From: Paraspadella gotoi
Taxonomy: Eukaryota; Animalia; Chaetognatha
NCBI GenBank assembly: GCA_051294375.1
Contig: CM119268.1
Location: forward strand, 11,257,710 to 11,321,709
Direction of reading: 5' to 3'
Length of the DNA stretch: 64,000 nucleotides
The stretch's first letter is position 1. Every line of letters starts with the position of its first letter. Under the pieces are notes generated by a model. The model worked only from the letters and a program-made list of their open reading frames with translations, was not told where the DNA came from and did not search any database. A program made the translations under genes and the position numbers. Shown here piece after piece: positions 12,486 through 24,390 of the stretch.

Positions 12486-13559
12486 TTATTGTTCGTGACG
12501 AGGGTCACCGACTTCGACATATTCTCCTTTTGCCATCCACTCTTGCATCGACCCGTCGTACACAGCGTAGGCCGCGAGAAGCCCCTTCTCTTCGGCGACG
12601 ACCTGTGCCGCCAACCCCATGGAACATGCCGTCGTCCCCGTAAGACATGACGCGACGAACGGCTCGTCCGCAGAAAGATCGATGCCGGCATCAAGGAAAA
12701 GTTGGTCTAATTCTTTTGGCGACTGTGGTAAAGAGAGGGACACGTTGTGACCACCTTCTAGCAATTTTATTCATGAAAACACTGAGCAAGTTACCTTCAT
12801 CTCGCCAGTGTCACGTGACAAAAATCGTCGAAAAAACAAATTCTTTGACGAGGGGACGTGTCCGGCGGAGAAGGCGCCCTCTGGACGCGCGTCCAAGACA
12901 TTGAGTTTCCCTCGCTCGATGCCTTCGCGGACTTGATCGAGCGTCCGATGATATCTCCCATCGTACTTGGCGCGGAAGGGAGCTTGCGGTGGCGACGCAG
13001 CGGGGAGTTCGGGTAACGAGCTCAGGGGACGATCTTCTCGGACCCACTTATCGAATCCGCCATTGAGAACGCGAACGAAAGGATGGCCGAAAACGCGGAA
13101 GAGCCACCAAAGTCGTGGCGCGGAAAAAAGGCCGCCAAAACCTTGATGATGGTCATAGGCGACGACTTCCGTGTTGGCGCCTAACAAAAATTCTTGATTT
13201 TAAAACTTCTTCAGAGGGAATAACTTTTTGCCATCGCCCTTACGCCCACCGATGCCAAGGTGGTTGACGTATTCCTCAAAGACACTGGCGGACGGAATAG
13301 TTCTGGTCAGACCCGAATCGACGTCCGCGCACTCGTCAAGATCAAAAAACACCGCTCCGGGAATGTGAGCCGACAAAAAAGTGCTTTCGGGCTCGTCGGC
13401 GCCCGGTAGAGAGCAAGTTGCATCACAAACGTACGGCTTCGAGCCCTTGGTGACTGATTGGCGGACGGCGGCAGAGTTGGCGGCCGATTTACTTATGTAA
13501 CTTGCGGAAACGAGGCGCTCGTATAGAGCCTCGGTTGATATCAGTGACCGGATTGTCAT
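12486..13559 (-). CDS. Two-domain rhodanese sulfurtransferase (TST/MPST family), 3 exons
   Basis: HIPGAVFFD, APRLWWLFRVFGH, VLNGGFDKW, LDARPEGAF...GHVP, active-site CLTGTTAC and VYDGSMQEW. Confidence 0.9.
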
Positions 13560-13902
13560 ATTGAAAAAACGCGAGAAAATAACTAGACAAAAATATAATT
13601 AAATTCTGATAAGATACACTAGAAAAAGTTCTGGTAATCAAAAAGCCATAGTCGTAGAGACGAGCGAGGTAATGCGCGTTGCGAACAATGGAATGAAGGT
13701 ATACGAACCCTCGAAATTAATTCTTACGCCGATTTCGAGTTAATTTTTAATTCAAATTCGCTATGACTAGGATATGCGAAGACTGCGAATAGTTGCATTA
13801 AAATCTATAAAAAAAATTAGAATTTCGAGGGGAAAGGGGGGAATGGGGGAAGGACGGAAAACCAAAAAACTGTGAAAGGACGCCTTTTGTGAAATTTGTA
13901 GT

Positions 13903-16654
13903 TCATTGGCGTCGCTGGCGTTTGGGCTGTGGAGTAGCCGGCCCAAAGTTGGGCTCGTCGATGAGAGACACGTCCCTGCGTCTTTTATCCTCGGTGAGGC
14001 TGGACTGGCGCTGCTGGAAGCGGATCTGCATGATGTCGAAAATGATGCCGGGCATCTGCGTCGCCAACTGCTGCCAATCCTGTGAGGGACACTTGTTGAG
14101 AAAATCCAGCGCACGTTGCTTAAGATTCGGAGCCTCGTGGAGTTCGGCCAGATTTAACATTTCTTCCACGTTTCCTTTTTTAAGCTGAAAGATGAATAAC
14201 GAAAGCTTATTTTTTTTGTTTTGGGCAACGGCAATTCGAATTTTTATTTATAATTAAAAATTACGGACACGTTTCGGCTAGAGTTCGAGTCTTCATCAGC
14301 GCAAACTAATTTGTAAAATATTTTTGAAATTATTTCTAAAAAATAAAAAGAGAGAGAGAAAAAATAGAAACTCTTTCTCTCTCTCTCTCTTTTTTCTTTT
14401 TTTACTAAAAATACCAAAAATATTTCACAAATAAATTTGCGCTGATAAGAATCAAACTGGATCCAAAAATGTCCGTAATTTTTTTATTGTAAATAAAAAT
14501 TATATTTGTCGTTGCCGAAAACAAAAATTAAACCTTTGTTATTCTAAATTCAAATACAACGAAACTAAGGGATTAACACAAGGTGAGAGATGAAAAATTT
14601 AAAATGAAGGAAATATGACCAAATGAGAAAAAGAGAACTAACCTGTAGGATGAGCTCTTTCTCACAATTGTCTTTGAGCCTTTTAAGTTCGAACTGATTG
14701 GCGGCGGCGAGCAGGCTGGTGATGGACTCGAGCGATTCTTCGACGGTTCCAGTGTAAATGTAACGCATAACTTCCTCGAAAACGGAAGCTTTGATGTTGT
14801 GAACGTTAATGAGGACGCGCCCGTGAACGTCCACGCCAGGCGCCGTCGAATAGTCCAAGCGAGTCTCAGAATGAACGCGGCTGGGTTCCTCTGCTGGATT
14901 TTGTTCGTCGGCTGGTGGGGTAAAATGAATGAATGAATGAATGAATGAATGAATTGTGAAAAGGGGTAATATAATTTTTTTTAAATTAATTTTCAAAAGA
15001 TGGGGAACGGAAAAAATATGCAAAAGATAAAAATGTCGATTAATAGGGGAAGATATAAAAAGACTTACATTGCAAAAACATCTTTCTCATGACAGGCGAT
15101 CCCGCGCTGAGGATAACCTTGTGACCGAAAAATCGTCTCTCTCCGACAGAGAAGACAACATCGCTCAGCATCTCCGTGTCGGCCCAGAGTTTGTCGAGAT
15201 CCTGCTGAAACTTGGTCCAGGGATGGGATAGCCGTTCTTTCTCCATTTGAAGTTGACGACGCTTGTCGACGCTGCCGACGTCGTGAACGATGTTGATCAC
15301 GCAGACGAGCGTGAGAGAGTTGTCCTCGTCGATGTAGTTCTCCGGTTCGCGCTTGAGACGATCGAGCAGTAGAAACTTCTTGAAGCCCCAAGCCGGATGC
15401 TCCTTCTCGTTGAAGCAGCAGACTTTGAGGCTGTTGCGGAGATTCCGCTTTTCACCGTCGAGAAGAATGGCGATCTCGAAGTTGGCCCGTACCTATTAGA
15501 AAGAATATTAAAAGTATAGTGATCTCGCCAGACGTTACTATAAAAAAAATTAATGAAAAAAAAACATAAATGATCGAGGATATAACAAATTATTAATATA
15601 ATAGTAATTGATAAATATAATAGTAATTGATTGATTGATGTAATAATAATTGATTATTGATGCGATGATAACCAAATATTAATACGATAACCAAATATTG
15701 ATTCGATAACCAAATATTGATACGAGGATAACCAAATATTGATATGAGGATAACCAAATATTGATGCGATAATAACCAAATGATGGATGCGATAATAATC
15801 ATTCATTGATGTGATGATAGTCATTCATTTTAAATAAAAACAAACTGGACAGCCACTTGACAGCCACTGCAGAACTGAACTCGTCTATATATATAAAAAG
15901 TTTTGTAAATAAAACAAATAAATGAGTGTAAGAATATAAAACATGTGAATGTAAAAGATCTTGCTGATTAGAAGCTATATCTAAATTTTTAACTTCCTAT
16001 GGTTACAAACTTAAGCTATTTTTAATATTAAAACAGCATAACGACGAAGACATTGACTACGATAAAAAAAAGCAAACAAATTAACATATCTCCCAAGTCG
16101 GGCATTCGCCCGTCTGGCGAGATAAAAAAAAACTTGCTTTTCTGTTACTTATTTAGTAAATTGAAAGTCTCGCCCATTCCGATCTACCTCAGAATCCTTG
16201 CCGCAGTAGACCAAATAAACAGAGAGGAAGGGCCGGTCGTTTTGCTCGTGATCGTGACCGCGGAGATGGATCTTCATCTGAAACTGAATGCGGTCGTCGC
16301 CGGCTTCAGAGGGAAAATTTTTCGAGATGAGGAGGTTTTGTCCATGGTCCACTTCGTCGACGTCATCGTCGGGGTCAGGGTCGCGTTGCCACACGCGAAG
16401 GAATTCCTAAAAGAAGATTAAAGTAACTCATAATCTATGAATGAAATGAATGAAAACGCAAAAAATTCGGTTACCCTTATGGTCCAATTGAACTTAAGCT
16501 TTCCGAAGCAGACGGAGGAGACGCACTCCTCTTCGATGCGGTGGTCTGAATCGGATCCTAGGTCGGCGATGAGCTGTTCCTGCGAAGCCGTCTCTTGGAG
16601 ATGTCCGATGATGACCGAATCGATGGAATCGTCCAAACTGACGTGATCCTCCAT
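13903..16654 (-). CDS. MATH-BTB (SPOP/roadkill-like) Cullin3 adaptor, ~5 exons
   Basis: MATH-like KFNWTI, FLSVYL and WGFKKF; BTB SDVVFSVGERRFFGHKVILSAGSPVM and VMRYIYTG...LLAAANQFELKRLKDNCE; BACK-like AELHEAPNLKQRALDF; C-terminal basic NLS PQPKRQRRQ. Confidence 0.85.
14195..14544. mobile_element. Imperfect ~350-bp inverted repeat of Penelope-like LTR remnants, each with a hammerhead motif, in the last intron of the SPOP-like gene
   Basis: Arm ttgggcaacg...ttacggaca...tcatcagcgcaaa mirrors tttgcgctgataa...tgtccgtaa...cgttgccgaaaac around a GA/CT centre. Confidence 0.7.
14261..14304 (-). ncRNA. Minimal type I hammerhead ribozyme (Penelope-type)
   Basis: Minus strand reads UUGCG CUGAUGA A GACU-cgaacucu-AGCC GAAA CGU GUC^CGUAA. 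Stem I UUGCG/CGUAA pairs, the core is intact, and stem II has one mismatch. Confidence 0.65.
15511..16124 (+). mobile_element. HINE/DINE-like element, family A, copy 2 (intron of the SPOP-like gene)
   Basis: Same 5' and 3' ends as 1091-2688; internal gataaccaaatattgat-type tandem repeats. Confidence 0.8.
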
Positions 16655-16910
16655 TCTCTCTTTAGATTCGGCTTTATTTTTGTTTTCGTTGATCGAGAGA
16701 AATCAATTCGCAAATCAAGCGGTAATTTATGAATTTTATTTTGGGAAAGACGCCTGTTAAATACGATCAAAAAAATCAAATTGTGAACAGAGAGAACAAA
16801 AGGGATATAACAAATTCTCAAAGACCAAAGCAATTGATAAAAGAACCGGGACAGTGGGTACTAGTATTAATTTAAATACATTTTCGGCGGTGAAAGTAAA
16901 AATCAATTCC

Positions 16911-17554
16911 TCATTTCACTTTAACGAAATTGTACGAGAGTTCCGTTATACCGACGGGCTCTTCCGATCTCTCGTCGTAGTCCGCCCAATCGCTCTCAGA
17001 AAGGTCGACATCTTCAAAGTTGGCGCCGCTCTCGCGGTGTTCCACCGTCCAACCTCTGCGCGGCTGCATGGGAAAAAACAGCATACCAAGTTGATCACCG
17101 TAAATGATTCAACTAACATCAACTTCAAGCGGGAGACCGTGCCTCGAATTCGACGGGTTCCAAGCCTCGACAGTCGAAAACGACAATGGTCTGAAACTGT
17201 CCAGAGTCATTGACGTAAGGCTTGATCGAGTCTTTCAAAATGTCTATGGAATTTTCCCGAGAACAAAGCTTGCACTTAGCCACCATGGAAGCGCTTCCGC
17301 GACCGCCCTGCAAGGTGGAGTTGCGAGAGAGAGAAATTGAGTGACGGGATATAGTTTACCCAAACTGGTCTCGATATAGCGACAAGAACCTTCAAAGGAG
17401 CACTCTCTGCGAGGGAAATGTACTGGAATTCGGAGGAAACTTCGCTGCAGCTACCACACTTTGTTTTTAGATACCACCGAAAGTCTTCTCCGGATGCGAA
17501 AACACTGCGCACATTTTCCAATTGGGCCTTGATCTGCAGGCCAAGCTTCACCAT
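16911..17554 (-). CDS. CZIB: CXXC motif-containing zinc-binding protein (UPF0587/DUF866, C1orf123)
   Basis: [14 protein letters not shown]...[10 protein letters not shown]...[23 protein letters not shown]...[11 protein letters not shown]...[15 protein letters not shown]...FVKVK*; 3 exons. Confidence 0.93.
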
Positions 17555-18441
17555 TTTTCAGAATTGAGCCTGCTGTAGTAATTAAATATTTTTTTTTAAT
17601 TTGACGGCGTATGAAAGATAGTCCAAAAATGGTTTAAAAGCTAAGGACCCCGATTTGCGTCACTTTCCATTACATGCTTACTACTTAGTGCTTAAGTCAG
17701 TTAAATTGAATTAAATTAAATACTTGTTTTATAATTGATTTTAAAATTTGGGTTCATAAAGAAAGAGACTGGATCGAAAACCTTATGGGGTGACGAATGT
17801 AATATTGCATTAATCATTAAGGCTAAGAATCAAAAACATAGAACGTTAAAGAGAATTAATGACTAGTTGTGCCTTTTTAAGGAGAATAGTATAGAAACCT
17901 CAAGGACATACCAATGATTTAATTGTTAAAAAATCAATCGAAGACATGAATATAAGTTTGCGATATTGAAAAAAAAATTCAACGTTAATATTTTCACAAT
18001 ACAAGTATCTGCATAGTTAAGAAGTTCTTTAACTAAAAGATAATAACACATGGCTATAAGTTAATTATATAAACTTTGAAAAGTCGAGATTATGTATGTC
18101 ACAGCATTTTTTTAAAAATTGCCAATAAATAATATTCAATGATGACAAAATCCCTTTAAATTTAAAAACTGATATTATTCTAATTATGACTGTGGCACAT
18201 AAGCAGTCAGATACAAGCGGTCTCTATAATCACATTAAGAATGGAATGACTTGAAAACAAGTTTTAACCATTGACAAAATCAATCAGTCTCGAGTTCTTT
18301 ATACTATCATTAATTCAAGGCTTCCTTATATTACCTTATGTTATCCTTAGAAACGACCACTAACACCCCCCTTAAAAATGCTCAGAAGAAAACAAAAATT
18401 AAATTAAACAGAGAAGAAAAATAGGAAGAGAATGGTTGTAA

Positions 18442-19567
18442 TCACTTCAAGTCTTCCTCGCCCTCTATAGTCTTTTTCACTCTCAGCAGCATCGTTGTCG
18501 TCCACTGGTCGATCCGCGACACCGAGTCGTAATCCTTAACGGCCTCCGTGAAACCGTCCACGTCATTCTCCTCCACGTGCTCCATCAGACGCGACAGTAG
18601 CCTCGTTTCCCGTGTGTCCGCCAGCGCGGGATGCATTTCCTGGTACTTTTGCATCGCTTGCTGGGCGTTCAGCAGATCCACGCACAGGTGGCACAGTGAG
18701 GCTTTGAAGAAATAATCTTTGGCGGAATACTTTAGGAGCTGATTGTCCATGCATGAGGTCGCCACTTCTTCGTAAATTTCGATGGCCTGAAAGAAGAAGG
18801 AGATAGCATAAGATTTCTTCGTTTCTTTCCTATGATTATTTGCAAGAAACCTGTTCGTATTTCTCCATTTGCGCTGCGTACTGCGCGACTTTGAGAAGAC
18901 ATTTGTTGGCGCTGCTGCTGGATTCTTCGCCCTTGAAGTAGTCGGCAGCCTGACGATAATGCGACATGGCCTTCTCTAAGTCTATCATCTCCGACTCGTA
19001 GATCTCGGCGATGGTCTGGTGATGCTTGGCTGCAAACAGTATCAAAAAGTCATTTTGCAGCAACGTTTTGTAAAAAATGAAATGCTGAAACAAAAAAAAC
19101 CAATCTAAAACAGCCGCAAAATTCTTACCCGCGATTGTAAATCTCCCCATATCCGTGTAGATTTCGATAGCCTTTTGTAAGCAGTTGACGGCCTCTTCGG
19201 GATCGGCCTTTTTGAAACAGTTTCCGGCGTCGACGAAATTGGAAGCGGCCTCGTGTTTCGATTGACTGTGGTTCAGATATATGAGTGCCGCGTCGCAAAA
19301 GGCCTTTCCCGCCGGCGTCCACTTTTTCGCCATCTTGAAAGCGTTAGCGGCGCTGAAATAGTGAAGTTTGGCGGCTTTAATAATGCTTACCTGACATACG
19401 ATTCCAAGCTTTGAAAGTTTAATTCTGACTCACCTCTTATAAAGTTCGGCGGCCTCCTCGACCTTGCTCTGTCCCCCGAAAAGAGAGCCAAAGAAAGTCT
19501 GCGAGGATTTAAGTTTTTTCTCGGCTTCGGCCGCCAACTCTATTCCCTTCTTTTCTTGATCGGCCAT
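18442..19567 (-). CDS. NAPA: Alpha-soluble NSF attachment protein (alpha-SNAP)
   Basis: [71 protein letters not shown] and C-terminal EEDLK. Confidence 0.96.
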
Positions 19568-19928
19568 CGTTTCCCAGAGGATGAAACGAAGCCAAAGAAA
19601 GGGGAAAAAAAACGGGCAAAAAAAGTTACCGAGCTTTAGTAATTGATTCTTTGTCTGGAAAATTGAACAAATATTAAGCAAATAACATCAAAGATGGTTG
19701 AAATTGATCCCGTGATAACAAACGGAAAAAAAGGAATTCATTCGCAACCTCTCAGCATATGAAATTTGCTTCTATGAATAACAATAAAAGGGACTGGGAC
19801 AAAGCTCAAGCGGCAAATACACTTTCAGGACACGACACCATCGAAATATTGAACGTTCATTACGCGTATTTTCTTTTCGATTGTCAATTTTTAGCGGATT
19901 GCGATTTCAATCGTTGATTACGATTTCT

Positions 19929-21752
19929 TCAGCTCTTTTGTCCTTTTTTCCCGACCATCTTGACGAGCTCAACGTCAAAGACGAGGCTGCTATTAGGCGG
20001 AATGTCCTTGGAGGGAGGCTTGTTCCCGTAAGCCTTATGGGGCGGGAGGATGAGCCGGCGCTTGCCACCGACCTTCATGCCTTCGAGGCCTTCGTCGAAA
20101 CCTGAAATTAGGTCCTTGGAGCCGACAACGTGCCTAAGAGGGGATTCGCTGGGTCGAGTGTTGGAGTCGATCACTTTGTTGGTAGATTTGAGGCGTGCCG
20201 TGTAACGAACGAAACAAGTGGAGCCCTTGCGCGCCTCGTCGCCGGAACCAACATCGTGGTCCGATACAACGACTCCGCCCGGAAGAGTGACGGCGGGAAA
20301 CTTGGCGCCAGGGATGGCTCCAGATTTTGCCGGCGAGGGCTTGGATTTGTTACCGGCGAAGCCGTTGAGAGTCGCCTTGGATGGGGTTACATTAAGCGAG
20401 TCGTCGAGAGAGGATTCGTTCGCCGATTCGTTATTCTTATTTTTGTTTCTATTCTTCTTCTTTTTCTTTTTATCCGATTGGGGTGTGGCAGTCGGGTTTA
20501 CTGCGCCTTCGGCGGCTACTGCTTTGGGCTCTCCTTCGGTTTTTTCTTTCGATTTTTCATCCACCTCTTTCCTAATGCTATTCAAAGCGGAGTTGATCGC
20601 CGGGTCGACCTCCAATGATTTTGTCGGAGACGCAGCGATGGAATCTTTCTTCGGCGATTGGGCGGGCGCTTTAGTCGGAGATACGTTTCCGGCGCCTTTC
20701 TTGGAAGCCTCTGCGGATCCTTTCATCGGAGACTTTACGGACAAATCTTTTTTCGGCGAAGCCTCGACATTTTTCTCCACGACGGCTGCGTTCTTTTTAT
20801 CCGCACCTTTATCTCCGGCGACTTTAACGCCCTTGGCGGCGGCTGGGGCTTCCTCGGCGGGCAACTCCTCGATAGTCACCGAATTCTCGGATCGCCTTCT
20901 CTTATTCTTTCTCTTTTTCTTACCAGCGGCACCAGGCGTATTATCGGCGTCCATGACTTCAACCTTTGGTGATACTTTGTTAACAACGTTCTTCGATTTA
21001 GCGTTAAAAGCATTTTTCGCCTTTCCGTCAAGAAGAGCTTTTCTTTTGGATTGGGGCTTTGCCTAAATTTTTTTATTGTAAAGTAATGAATTTTTCCGTT
21101 ATAAAAAAATAAAAGTAAAATGTAAAAAAAAATAAATATATTTAAAAAAAAAAAGAAACATGTAATTTTTAATTTTCATAAGTCCTCTAACCGTCGAAAC
21201 TGACCTTGCTAGGAATCAGCTCGTCGTCGTCGTCGTCCTCCGATTCCGACTCCGGAAACTCGAGCTCAGGTTCGGACTCTTGATCACTGTCGTCGTAGTC
21301 CCAATCCTGATCCTGGGGTTCCTCGGGTCTAATGAACCCTGTCAAGTAAACCGTTCCCTTGCCGGTCACATGGAGATTAATCTCTTCACCCATGTCGAGC
21401 TCGTAGTCCAGAGCCACGTTGTACAAGGAATCGTGCTTCAGTGTGCAAAGGAGATAGTCGTAACCTAGCGAGAGAAAAAAACTGGATTTAAAAATGTCCC
21501 ACCCAATTGAAGTGAAAAAAGTATGGACAAGGAAAAAAAAAAAACTTAAATAAAACCTTTTGATCCAAGCCAGACGGAGACGAGACCGTTGCCGACGTCG
21601 CCCCCAAGAGAAACTGGTTCGAGGGCCGCCATAGAAATATGAAAGGGCCTAATCACTTTTTGGGTGTAACGCTTGCCTCCCTGCATGGCGACGCCCCAGA
21701 AAGTGCCATTCGAATCTGAAGATTCTTCGTTCATTTCCTTAATCTTCACCAT
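19929..21752 (-). CDS. Nucleoplasmin-like domain FKBP histone chaperone / PPIase (FKBP39/Fpr3-4 type)
   Basis: N-terminal NPL domain (FWGV...PFHISMAALE...GKGTVYLTGF), acidic tract, Lys-rich linker and C-terminal FKBP domain (GFDEGLEGMKVGGKRRLILPPHKAYG...IPPNSSLVFDVEL). Confidence 0.9.
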
Positions 21753-21965
21753 CTTTTTAATTTCTTACGAGGGGAGAGGAAAGGCTAAAAACTTCCGGTA
21801 GAAAATTAAAACTGAAAAAAAGAAACAAAAACACGGAAATACGTTTTCTTTGACAGTATCGATGAATATGATTTTTATGAAGATATCACAGATGGCGCAA
21901 GAAACAAAAACAATTGTGTATCAATTAAAAGGACGAAGAAATCAGTTATTTCATCCCGCTCTTTT

Positions 21966-24293
21966 TCAATTTTCGTCAAGTCGCATTATGTAGCCGATGG
22001 CCGTCTGGAGGGAGATTAGGCAATATCCCTCCTCGCCCATCTGGTAAGATTCGTGGATGAATTCGGACATGGCTCGAGCCTCGGACGCCAACTGCGGCGT
22101 CCGCGACTTTAGCACTGCGAAGGACAGAATGGGCAGAAGGTCGTCGGCGCCAAGACTCCCGTCCTCTGGACTGTCCCCGCCAGCGTTGAAGGCCTTGACG
22201 GCGTCCACGCATCCGCAAACTACCTTGCACATGTCGACGAGGCATTCGAGCTTGGCCAGGGGCGAAGCAAGGGTGGCCAGACGATGAAGAGCGGCAATCA
22301 CGGGTTCGTAGCCATGCTGGGAATCGGGACCTCCTCCGACGAGGCAAAGGGAAGGAGAAACGCCTACATCTTGAGGGTCTAAATCTGTGGGTGAAAAAAT
22401 TATTTTTAAATGGCGACCAAACTGATATTTCATTAACCCAAAAAATCGCTCACCCATGTTATTGGTCATAATCTTGGCCAACTGGACCTCGTCGTCCTTG
22501 TTCCCAAGACGAAACATGTTGACCAAGAGCGGCCAAAGAGGTTTGAAAAAGACTTTCTCGATAAATCCGTAAGCGCGATCTCGAGCGGCCGCCGCCGCAG
22601 CGCAATCCTCACCAAAAACCGCTTCGCCATACAGCAGGGTCAATCGAGACATAATCAGCTCCATGGACATGCGAACGTCCTGTCAAAAAAAAATTTGTTA
22701 ACAATCGTTACATTCATTTGTTAAAAAACATTATTCGTCTAACCTGCGAAACGGCATCCAGATGTCGTTCAATGGCTTCCTCTTCCAATATGAGGAGCTT
22801 CTGCCTTTCGAATTGGCGTTGTTCCAGATCGGCGATGAAGCGAGAGTTGTCATCGGCTGTCCCTTCGGCGGCTGCGGAAGAACTCGAGGAGACAGCTTTG
22901 GGAGTAGAGTTTTCATCCCGCTCGTAATAGGGCACGATGATAGAGTCAAGTTTGCGCACATAGGGCGAGATGAGAGGTTGAAGACGGTTCATCAAAACTC
23001 GTTGGCGACGAAACATCAGTTCTGTAAAGAATAACCAGAAATGATCACTAAACTACAAAGCGCCTTGATCTTTCGTTGTTCGTCTTCTTACTTTAAACCA
23101 TTTTAATCACGGTTATTAAAAAATACCCCTTTTCTTTCCCCCACCTAAATTAAATAAACATTTATGTACAGTGTACAGTACATTGTACACACCCTTGCCA
23201 CCAGAAACCTGCGAGCGGATGATCTCGCTGCGAGACGATCTTGGCGAGAAGAGCGTCAACGTATTTTGCTTCATCGTCAGCGGCGCCAGCTTCTCTGGCC
23301 TCAGTTAATTTCTTCTTCAACAGAGGAAACACGGCGTTGTCCTGCTCGATGACCATGGCCGCTGCGAAAAACTTAGCTTTGTCGCGATCTTCGATCGAAT
23401 CCCCTTCGTTGAACCTTCATGTTTAAAAAGGTTTGATATATTTGATATGTACATTGCCTCGAAATCCAAAAACAATCTCACCTCGCCAAAGCGTCAGCCT
23501 CTAAAGCCCTCTTCCGCTCTTCCATTCTCTTCTCCATCGCCTCCCTCGTCTTCCTTCCAATTTCCCTCTCCTCCTCCATTTTTCTAAAGGCGGCCATATT
23601 GAGCGTCGCTCTTTGATTTTGTTTCAAGTCGACCCGTGGCAGATAACGAGGTACGCCGCCAGTTCGACGTCGAAAAGCCTCCGTCATGGCGCCGACCTGG
23701 AGCTGACGGCGTTCCCCGGCTGAAACCGATGAGAACGACGATGACGAGGGTCTCCCGGAAGAAGTTGGCCTTTTATCCGTCCCGACGGCGGCGGAAAAAG
23801 TCTGGTTGACCGGTGGTTTTTTCGCAGGATCGGTGGGCGGCCAAGCATTGGCGGTGGGGCGTTTCGGTGGCGCCGAAATCGGCGCATGAGGTAAACTAGA
23901 AATATTTGGCAAATCGACTGGAACATCAGGCAAAAGAAGATTGATGTCGTCGACGGGTGAAGATTTGTCATTTTCATTTGAGTTCTTTCTCGCATTTCCT
24001 CCTCCTGCTCCTCCTCCGTTTCCTCCACCACTATCCGGACCGGTATCGGCCAAGTCGTTGACTCGATCCAAACACTGCCGGGAAAGTTTGATAAAATTAC
24101 GCCGCTGCGTCGTCACTTCGGCTGAGGCCACAGCACCAAGAGCGGCGTCCTGTCGCATGAGCTCGATAAGCGCGGCCAGGCAGTCGAGGTAACGACGATA
24201 CGCGTCGAAGGATCGATCCCTGGCCAAGTCGAGAGAAACGGCGTCGTTCACCCGCTTCTTCACGTTCGGCCATTGACTCTGCAAGGAGCTCAT
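21966..24293 (-). CDS. VPS9D1: VPS9 domain-containing protein 1 (MIT-like N-terminus, C-terminal VPS9 GEF domain)
   Basis: AVSLD...AYRRYLDCL N-terminus; VPS9 motifs SPLAKLECL, LGADDLLPILSFAVLKS and GEEGYCLISLQTAIGYI. Confidence 0.85.
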
Positions 24294-24390
24294 TGTACCT
24301 TTTATCCCTTTCAAATCGAAGACATTCTGCGTTAACCGAATAAATAACAAGGAATTGAAAAATCAAAACAAGGTCGGTGACGGAACAGTA

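Noticed and set aside
20218-21066. Long plus-strand ORFs (also 45319-46182 and 7117-7605)
   Set aside because: Antisense shadows of GC-rich real exons, with no recognisable domains.
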